Shown: positions 1 through 6,128 of the stretch, in pieces | How the letters are laid out: every line of letters begins with the position of its first letter | How positions within the stretch are numbered: position 1 is the first letter of the stretch | Assembly: GCA_005191425.1 (NCBI GenBank) | Contig: SUPR01000160.1 | Span: 1 to 6,128 of the forward strand | Reading direction: 5' to 3' | DNA: 6,128 nucleotides | Source: Candidatus Helarchaeota ASGARD archaeon Hel_GB_B | Lineage (GTDB): Archaea > Asgardarchaeota > Lokiarchaeia > Helarchaeales > HEL-GB-B | Program-made: the position numbers and the translations under genes | Notes under the pieces: model-generated | The model's database searches: none | Told to the model about the DNA's origin: nothing | The model's input: only the letters and a program-made list of their open reading frames with translations

Positions 1-195
1 TAGATACAAAATTTTAACGAATACAAATAGGATGGAATTTAATCTTAATATTAATAAATGTCTGTATACCTATTTAAGCCATATTTTGATAGAGTAAATA
101 TATAAATATATCTTCAAACATGAATATATCATTATGAATAGCCACACTTGAAATAACTAATCATTAAAATTTATTCTAAACCAGATTATAATTAA

Positions 196-1020
196 TTATG
201 TTTTCCGATATTTACCTAATTGTTCCTTTAATTTTATTAATTCCTTTATATATTTTTCCTTTTCTTTTCGTTCTTTTTTTAATTCTTTTTCCTTACTTTC
301 TAATTCTTTTTCCTTACTTTCTAATTCTTTTTTCTTACTTTCTAATTCTTTTTTCTTACTTTCTAATTCTTTTTCCTTACTTTCTAATTCTTTTTCCTTA
401 CTTTCTAATTCTTTTTCTTTCTCCTTTAATTTTCGTCTTAATTCCTCACTTATTATCACATTTCCCAATGGTATTATTATTTCTTTTTCTACATCTAGTT
501 TTTCTGCTGCCCTATCTACAATCTCTTCTACTCCTTCTTCTAATTCACTATTTATTTCTGACAAATTTTCTTCACCAAGTATTATTATTGAAATGAATAT
601 TAATAAATATTTACAATCATCAATTGGAATTTTAAATTCTTTATTTTTATTAATTAGACTATCAGATATTTCTAATTTTAAGAAATAGAAAACCCAGAGT
701 TTCTCATTATTTGGGTGGTATCTAAATACATACGTAACCGTATCTTTCAATTTCTTGAAACTTAGTTCATTGATAGTCTTTACTTCTATTCTTTGATCTT
801 CATATATATGATAAATATCTATTTTTTTAGGCGACCCTTCTTTTTCAAATTCCACCTTATCTTTAAATAACACCCAAGCAAAAATATGTTTGAATACATC
901 GTGTTGTAAACTGGAGTCCTTGGTCTTACCAAAATCCGTTAGGATTTCTACGAGCTGTTTAACATGATTACAATAATAGACTTTAAATTCAGTATATTTC
1001 TTTTTAAAATTATCAAACAT
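196..1020 (-). CDS. Putative PD-(D/E)XK-superfamily nuclease with acidic linker and tandem-repeat coiled-coil C-terminus (274 aa from ATG; true start may lie further upstream)
   Basis: Translation shows H40xxxK44...E59...I-D68-I...I-E79-V-K81 (SLQHDVFKHIF...VEFEK...KKIDIY...RIEVKT), the usual order of restriction-endonuclease-like motifs. Residues 202-247 are ESKEKEL heptads. Family assignment is by motif recognition, not a database search. Confidence 0.65.
   Translation of the reverse strand: MFDNFKKKYTEFKVYYCNHVKQLVEILTDFGKTKDSSLQHDVFKHIFAWVLFKDKVEFEKEGSPKKIDIYHIYEDQRIEVKTINELSFKKLKDTVTYVFRYHPNNEKLWVFYFLKLEISDSLINKNKEFKIPIDDCKYLLIFISIIILGEENLSEINSELEEGVEEIVDRAAEKLDVEKEIIIPLGNVIISEELRRKLKEKEKELESKEKELESKEKELESKKKELESKKKELESKEKELESKEKELKKERKEKEKYIKELIKLKEQLGKYRKT
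280..417 (-). repeat. Intragenic 21-bp tandem repeat, 6 full units + 12-bp partial, encoding (ESKEKEL)n
   Basis: Plus-strand unit TAATTCTTTTTCCTTACTTTC at 280, 301, 364 and 385. Single-base variant TAATTCTTTTTTCTTACTTTC at 322 and 343 (ESKKKEL). Partial unit at 406-417. Confidence 0.97.
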
Positions 1021-1276
1021 ATTTTCGAAATCTGGTGCCAGTTTTATTGTTTCTTCAATGATACGTTTCCGTGAGTATTTCTTAACGGAATTTTTATCGA
1101 CATATTTCAGAGTGTTCCACCAATTATAGTAAATATCAATCTCAGATTTAAAATTCTGATTTATAAATATGAAAAAACAGTTTGAATATTAATATTTAAA
1201 CTTAATTTTTGCAAATTTATAAATTTTTCACATTTAAAATCACTTTTTTTCCGTCTTCCATTTATCACATAATAGT

Positions 1277-1284
1277 CCCTCCTT
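1277..1284 (-). promoter_or_regulatory. Shine-Dalgarno-like AAGGAGGG, with an ATG (1270) 7 nt after its AGGAGG core
   Basis: Minus strand reads AAGGAGGGACTATT-ATG-TGA-TAA-ATG-GAA. Strong anti-SD match with canonical spacing, but the ATG is followed at once by stops. Confidence 0.4.
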
Positions 1285-1384
1285 TTTTTAACCACTAACT
1301 AACTTTTTTTAATTACTTTTTCTACTTAGTTTGTATTTTCCTCTTAATATTATTTGATCTACCGTCTTCAGATTTCCTATCAAT

Positions 1385-2606
1385 TTATATAACAATATAA
1401 TCAAGTCTATAAACGATTTTAAAAAACAGTACTTGAAATCTACTAATTTTGTTTCCAGTGATCGCTGTTGTACCGTTAATAAGAGAGGGTAAAATTCTCA
1501 TTGAGGTGTAATATTGCAGAAATGTTAATAAGAGAAATACTAAAGCCCAATATCTTTCTAGCCCTTCTATTGACCATAACTGATACGTGCCAAGTCCCAG
1601 GTTTTGCTTTGCAATTCTATAATACATTTTTATTTTCTACTTTTTTTATAAACGCTTATTATTTTATCTGCATACTAATCTATTCGGTTAGAAACAAGGA
1701 TTATATCAGTATCATCTTCCAGTTTATTTTTTATAGCTATGCACTTGATAGTACCTAAGTCTGAAATGTTCAAAATTTTCTCATAAATATATCAATACTC
1801 GATTTCTCTACTTGTTTTTTTCATCTTTTATTTATAATGATTTCGGGAGTCAAATAAATTGGTTGCCCGGTAAATTGTTAATTCAATCTGTCGGGTTTGT
1901 TTTATCAGTTGGCATATTTATTACTCTATTAAATTTTGCACAGGACATCCAGTTTTTTCCCCAAATTTCCGAGTTATTACAAAACTTTTTACAGATATAC
2001 CAAGTATCAAATATTAATACTCTAAATTTTATACTTGAAGCAATTGCCGAGTCCAGCAGATCAATTGCTAAATTAATTTTAGTTTTAAATTTGCTTGACT
2101 TTACATTCTCCTCCAGCTCTTTTTTTCATTGATATAGATAATAATATATTGGATAATCTTTTTTACCGTCAAGATGATGGCTCGTTATAATGTTATCTCC
2201 ATTCATTGACTTTTTTGGAATTACTATAGTAATAACTGGTGCATCTCATTTCTATGCCAGTTTTTTTGGTAATTGGAACAGCAATAATTAAGTTTTCATT
2301 TTCAATAGGACGAATCTGCAATTTAGTTTGTAATAATCTGAGTCGTTTCTCATTTATTTCCTTAGGATACCATGTTGTATTATTTATAAACTAATTAATG
2401 ACACTTTGATTAATTTTTTCGATGTAAATGCAGGCAGTGAAAATTGCGTTAATAGAACGGTAGCCAAATAGTATCACCCCTTTAATTATGTAAATGGTGT
2501 ATTTAAAAGTTTGATTTTGGAAATTGGGTCTAAATAATTCTATGAAATTATTTACCAACTTATTTTGAGATATAATAGTATTGCTTGGTTTCATAAATTC
2601 TACCAA
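1385..2606 (-). pseudogene. Degenerate IS701-family (DDE_5-type) transposase pseudogene
   Basis: Manual minus-strand translation across stops and frameshifts gives colinear IS701-like motifs: QSVIN*FINNTTWYPKEINEKRL; LIIAVPITKKTG (IIDD position, 2277-2282); GDNIITSH...DYPIYYYLYQ*KKELE; FKTKINLAIDLL; VLIFDTWY (1997-2011); GKNWMSCAKFNRV; LVSNRID*YADKIISVYKK; then YYRIAKQNLGLGTYQLWSIEGLERYWALVF. ORF-track fragments 2391..2606 and 1385..1627 are its two ends. Confidence 0.88.
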
Positions 2607-2651
2607 TTAAATTTTTAAGGAATTTACAATTAATAGTATAAGGGAATTCTG
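1385..2651 (-). mobile_element. Remnant IS701-like insertion sequence; termini not resolvable
   Basis: Defined by the transposase pseudogene. No convincing terminal inverted repeat or target-site duplication was found, so the boundaries are approximate. Confidence 0.6.
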
Positions 2652-3116
2652 GTTTACAGTGGTTCCAAGCAAATTATTGCCCTTAAGACCACCCCAGCAT
2701 ATTTATATCACCAATTAATGGTCATAAATTTGAGGGCTTTTTAATATTAGATATTTATATTTTTAAATGATTAACAAGATGTTTATTTCCAATGGAGATC
2801 TTGTATCATCAACGAAATTATCTGGGACGCGCTTGTATTTGATTATTTAAATTATTTTAAGAAACAAAATTGACTATAAAGTAATGAGGAAAAATAAAGT
2901 AAATATTAGCGTATATAGAATTATTAGAATAAAATATTATTAAATTCCATCTGAAATATATAGTGTGGAGCAATTAGAGGTTAGAAGAGTCAATAAAGCA
3001 TTGGAGCTAAATTTAAAAGTAAAAAACACCAAATTAATAAAAATGTAATATAATAAAATTCAAATCTTAAGTTAATTAAGATAAAACAAATGGTTGACTA
3101 TTATTATTTACCAAGA

Positions 3117-3147
3117 TTATATATAATTAAATTATTTAATTTATAAA
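3117..3147 (+). promoter_or_regulatory. Possible archaeal TATA elements upstream of the DHPS-like gene
   Basis: TTATATATAA at 3117-3126 and TTTATAAA at 3140-3147. Weak evidence because the background is extremely AT-rich. Confidence 0.2.
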
Positions 3148-3211
3148 ATTCAAATAAGACAAGAAATATGGATAGAAATCAGTATTAAAACAAATAGATA
3201 ATTAGAAAATT

Positions 3212-3216
3212 GGAGA
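3212..3216 (+). promoter_or_regulatory. Ribosome-binding site for the TTG start at 3226
   Basis: GGAGA 9 nt upstream of TTG in otherwise G-poor sequence. Confidence 0.5.
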
Positions 3217-3225
3217 TTAAATTCA

Positions 3226-4767
3226 TTGAACAAAAAAATACTGATATTGACAGGGAAATTGGCAGAAAAAGATGTAAAGAAGTATTTAAGCAAATATTCT
3301 CAAGATGATATAGAAATTAAAGTTTTAGATATATCGTTAGCAGCGTTTATAACACCAAAATTAATAATTAATAGATTAAAAGGGTATGACTTATCAGAAT
3401 ATAAGTATATTTTAGTCCCGGGCTTAATGGTCGGGGATTTATTGCCCTTAGAAAAATCTTTGGGAATAAAAATATATCGTGGACCAAAATATGCGTGTGA
3501 TATTCCAGTTGTTCTTGAGAGTCAGATTGAACTGTCTCGTGATATTTCCGCAGATAAATTATTAATAGATCGGGGAGTGGACGAATATAAAAGTATTGTA
3601 GGTGAATTAAATAAGTCAGGAAAGGAACTCTTAAAAATTGGTAATTTAAAAATAGGAAACAATTTTCCACCAAGAATTTTAGCTGAAATAGTTGATGCAC
3701 CTAAACTTACCATTGATAAAATTATTTCAAAAGCAAAATATTATTTAGAAAATGGAGCTGACATGCTCGATATCGGAGGAATAGTAGGAGAAAATAACAG
3801 TAGAAAATTAATAGAAATTATTGAGGAATTAAAATCAAAATTTAAAGATGTACCCATTAGTATAGATAGCTTAAACCCAGAAGAGATCGAATCAGGAGTT
3901 GAGGCTGGGGCAGATTTAGTTTTAAGTTTGGATGCAGGTAATTTAAATGAACTAAAAAATCTTGATAAAAAAATTTGCTATACAATTATTCCGACTAATG
4001 TAAAAAAGGGAATTTTTCCAACCGACCCTGAAAAAAGAGTTGAAAAACTGATAGAAAATATTACTATTGCAAAAAAATTCGGGTTCACAAAAATTCTGGC
4101 GGATCCACTTTTAGAATCGCCAATAAAGCCAGGAATAATGAATTCTTTAATGGGGTACTATCAATTTAATAAAAAATATCCAACAATACCGACCTTGGCA
4201 GGAATAGGAAACGTATTTGAATTAATTGATGCAGATAGTATTGGAATAAATGCAATTCTTGCGTCAATCGTTATTGAATTAAATATTTCAGTATGTTTAA
4301 CGACCGAATATTCCAAAAAATCCCGAAAAGCTGTGGAAGAGATCACGACAGGAATAAAAATGGCATATTTAGCTAATTATAAAAATCAACCACCAATTGG
4401 ACTTCCATTTAATCTTTTAAAAGCAAAAAGTAAAAAAGATCTGATACCATCATATCAAATTAAAGATGAGAAATTGACGAGAGAGATGAAAAATCTATTT
4501 AACTATGTTTCAGACCCATTAGGCTATTTTAAAATTTGGATCGACCATTCTATGAAAAAAATATTTGTTAATTATTATAAAAATGACCAGTTAATATTTA
4601 CAATTTCAGGGACAATAGCAGAAATCATTGGAAAAGAACTTATTAAAAAGAAATTAGTGAGTAGGCTTGACCATGCACTATATCTTGGACGAGAATTACA
4701 AAAAGCGGAAATTTGTCTTTTTCTTGGAAAATCTTATGCTCAAGATGTTAAATTTTATGAAATTTAG
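3226..4767 (+). CDS. Archaeal dihydropteroate synthase-related protein (MJ0107/TIGR00284 type): N-terminal domain + pterin-binding TIM barrel + C-terminal DUF4346-like domain
   Basis: N-terminal ILILTGKLAE. Barrel motifs GADMLDIGG, VPISIDS, ILADP and PTLAGIGNVFELIDADSIGINA. C-terminal DPLGYFKIW...SRLDHALYLGRELQKAE...GKSYAQD. 513 aa, TTG start with RBS. Confidence 0.9.
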   Translation: MNKKILILTGKLAEKDVKKYLSKYSQDDIEIKVLDISLAAFITPKLIINRLKGYDLSEYKYILVPGLMVGDLLPLEKSLGIKIYRGPKYACDIPVVLESQIELSRDISADKLLIDRGVDEYKSIVGELNKSGKELLKIGNLKIGNNFPPRILAEIVDAPKLTIDKIISKAKYYLENGADMLDIGGIVGENNSRKLIEIIEELKSKFKDVPISIDSLNPEEIESGVEAGADLVLSLDAGNLNELKNLDKKICYTIIPTNVKKGIFPTDPEKRVEKLIENITIAKKFGFTKILADPLLESPIKPGIMNSLMGYYQFNKKYPTIPTLAGIGNVFELIDADSIGINAILASIVIELNISVCLTTEYSKKSRKAVEEITTGIKMAYLANYKNQPPIGLPFNLLKAKSKKDLIPSYQIKDEKLTREMKNLFNYVSDPLGYFKIWIDHSMKKIFVNYYKNDQLIFTISGTIAEIIGKELIKKKLVSRLDHALYLGRELQKAEICLFLGKSYAQDVKFYEI

Positions 4768-4790
4768 CAAAAAAGTGGGGATTAATAATA

Positions 4791-5546
4791 ATGGACAATA
4801 AAATAAAGCAATTGATAAATGATTTAAAGGATTATCTCTCAGATAAAAATATAATTTCGAGGCTAGAATTGAGGACAGAAATAAAATCATTAATAAAAAG
4901 ATACAATATCCAAGAATTGGATGAAATTATTAAATTTGAAAAAAAGGACGATAGTTCTATCCTTCGATTTATATTTAATTCGATAATTTCTACCCATTCA
5001 ATTCCAAATGCGCCTTTTTTACCAGAAAAATTAATCTATGAAAACATTATTTTTTATTATCCTCAACCGATCCAAAATATTGATGAAATTATTAAAAGCG
5101 CATTTGATAGATATTGTGAGTTTATTATTAAAAAGATGCGAGATAAAGTCCATACGGTGTATTTTAAGGCAAACTACCATTTTGAAGATATTTCTGATAC
5201 GCGATTCTTGGCAATACGAGGAAATTTAAAACAATTAATTATTTTTTATCCAACTGCATCGATTTTATATAATGATTTAAAGTCAATGATTGAATTTGAG
5301 GACTCGATAATTATAATTCCTCAAGGTGCGACACCTGCACCTTATTTTAATATCTATAAAGAGTTTTCAGATGCTTTATTATTGGAAGAAAACATTGTTT
5401 TGTTGTTCAATACTGAAGAAGACATTTTATCTCCGTTTATAGGTCTTCCAAAAGACGAGTTAATAATCCATCAATTGAAACCGGATAAAAATATAATTCA
5501 ATTTAAACGTCAATTTCAGAATTTCTTTAATGACGAAGAATTCTAA
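4791..5546 (+). CDS. Conserved-looking hypothetical protein (251 aa); C-terminal half recalls an uncharacterised archaeal family (possibly DUF6834-like)
   Basis: Long ORF 23 nt after the DHPS-like stop, with a GTGGGGA SD-like element upstream. The C-terminal IIIIPQGATPAPYF...LSPFIGLPKD pattern resembles, from memory, proteins of methanogenic archaea; this is unverified. Confidence 0.75.
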   Translation: MDNKIKQLINDLKDYLSDKNIISRLELRTEIKSLIKRYNIQELDEIIKFEKKDDSSILRFIFNSIISTHSIPNAPFLPEKLIYENIIFYYPQPIQNIDEIIKSAFDRYCEFIIKKMRDKVHTVYFKANYHFEDISDTRFLAIRGNLKQLIIFYPTASILYNDLKSMIEFEDSIIIIPQGATPAPYFNIYKEFSDALLLEENIVLLFNTEEDILSPFIGLPKDELIIHQLKPDKNIIQFKRQFQNFFNDEEF

Positions 5547-5690
5547 CCTAAAGAATAGCAAAATTAAATTCATAAAATAGGAATAAATAAATTATGAATT
5601 AATATTAAAAATGATAAAATACATTAATTATTATAAAATTAAGATATTTTAATCTTAAAATAATTAAATAAGAAGTGAAAATAAATTTTT

Positions 5691-6128
5691 TTATTTAATT
5701 TTTGTTAGAAATTTACCACGTTCCACTAATGCCTTAATAGCTTTGACGCAACGTTGAGGGAAAGATAGTTCTGGAAGACCATGGTCATCTAAATAATAGG
5801 AGCTCATCCTTGATTCCATGCCGAGCCATGCGCAGGAAATTGGTTTATCTATTTTTTCATTTAAGTCAACTACTACCTTTGCTGTTTTCATTGGTTCGAC
5901 CATTGCAGTAGGACAGAGGATAACAATAATAGCATCATTATTGGGGTCATCTGCCACCAATTTTAGAGTTTTTTCATATCGGTCGCCCATAGCATCACCT
6001 AAAATATCAATAGGATTTCTAAGGCTCCAAGCTTTTGGAAGAAATGAATTAAGTTGGTTCATTAAGTTGTCGCTAAGTTTTGCAAGTTTAAGGCCGCTTA
6101 AAAATACTTCATCAGCTGCCATAACACC
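5691..6128 (-). CDS. acdA: Acetate--CoA ligase (ADP-forming) alpha subunit, 3' part (gene begins beyond the window edge)
   Basis: The frame stays open to the edge (GGT GTT ATG = G-V-M-A-A-D, matching the GGxGVxAAD motif), so the ORF-track Met is internal. Also contains LRNPIDILGDA, DDPNNDAIIVI and KPISCAWLG, typical of the succinyl-CoA-ligase-like C-terminal domain. Confidence 0.88.
   Translation of the reverse strand, partial: GVMAADEVFLSGLKLAKLSDNLMNQLNSFLPKAWSLRNPIDILGDAMGDRYEKTLKLVADDPNNDAIIVILCPTAMVEPMKTAKVVVDLNEKIDKPISCAWLGMESRMSSYYLDDHGLPELSFPQRCVKAIKALVERGKFLTKIK

Noticed and set aside
1-195. Possible ncRNA or gene end at the window start
   Set aside because: AT-rich sequence with no tRNA/rRNA signature, stable stem or substantial ORF visible.
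280-417. Repeat array as a possible CRISPR
   Set aside because: The units are directly adjacent with no unique spacers, are in frame inside a CDS, and no cas genes are present in the window.
198-596. 132-aa plus-strand ORF with hydrophobic LILFPYF repeats that looks like a membrane protein
   Set aside because: It is the antisense shadow of the K/E-rich repeat gene; the complement of A/G-rich codons automatically gives a stop-free Phe/Leu/Ile-rich frame.
1163-1261. Single programmed frameshift joining the ATG at 1261 to the nuclease frame
   Set aside because: The ORF from 1261 stops at 1219-1217, before the nuclease frame opens at 1188, so one shift cannot join them.
1501-2132. Plus-strand ORFs 1501..1758 and 1812..2132
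   Set aside because: They are antisense to clear transposase motifs on the minus strand and have no recognisable features of their own.
1369-2651. Candidate IS terminal inverted repeats: CAGAATTCCC (minus, from 2651) vs CAGATTTCCT (1369) or CAGTACTTGA (1427)
   Set aside because: At best an 8/10 match that does not extend, with no flanking target-site duplication. Not distinguishable from chance in AT-rich DNA.
3368-5229. Small ORFs 3368..3700, 3522..3713, 4161..4346, 4696..4890 (minus) and 5038..5229 (plus)
   Set aside because: They lie within or across the well-supported CDSs, either antisense or in an alternative frame, with no independent coding signal.
5639-5658. Inverted repeat TTAAGAT-n6-ATCTTAA between the convergent genes as a terminator
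   Set aside because: The 7-bp stem is almost all A/T in a very AT-rich gap, so it is weak and expected by chance. Archaeal terminators are usually U-tracts rather than hairpins.

Overview
AT-rich window of archaeal character (lineage cannot be fixed from sequence alone; an Asgard-like or other H4MPT-using archaeon is plausible). The left half (196-2606, minus strand) is accessory DNA. It holds a putative PD-(D/E)XK nuclease whose C-terminal coiled coil is built from a near-perfect 21-bp tandem repeat (ESKEKEL x6.6). Directly upstream is a near full-length but heavily decayed IS701-like (DDE_5) transposase pseudogene that the ORF track shows only as two fragments. The right half is housekeeping-like: an archaeal dihydropteroate-synthase-related protein (MJ0107/TIGR00284 type) closely followed by a 251-aa hypothetical gene, converging on the 3' end of a stand-alone ADP-forming acetyl-CoA synthetase alpha subunit that runs off the window edge. 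The best candidate for something new is the repeat-tailed nuclease, which also has a possible internal start that would express the coil alone.
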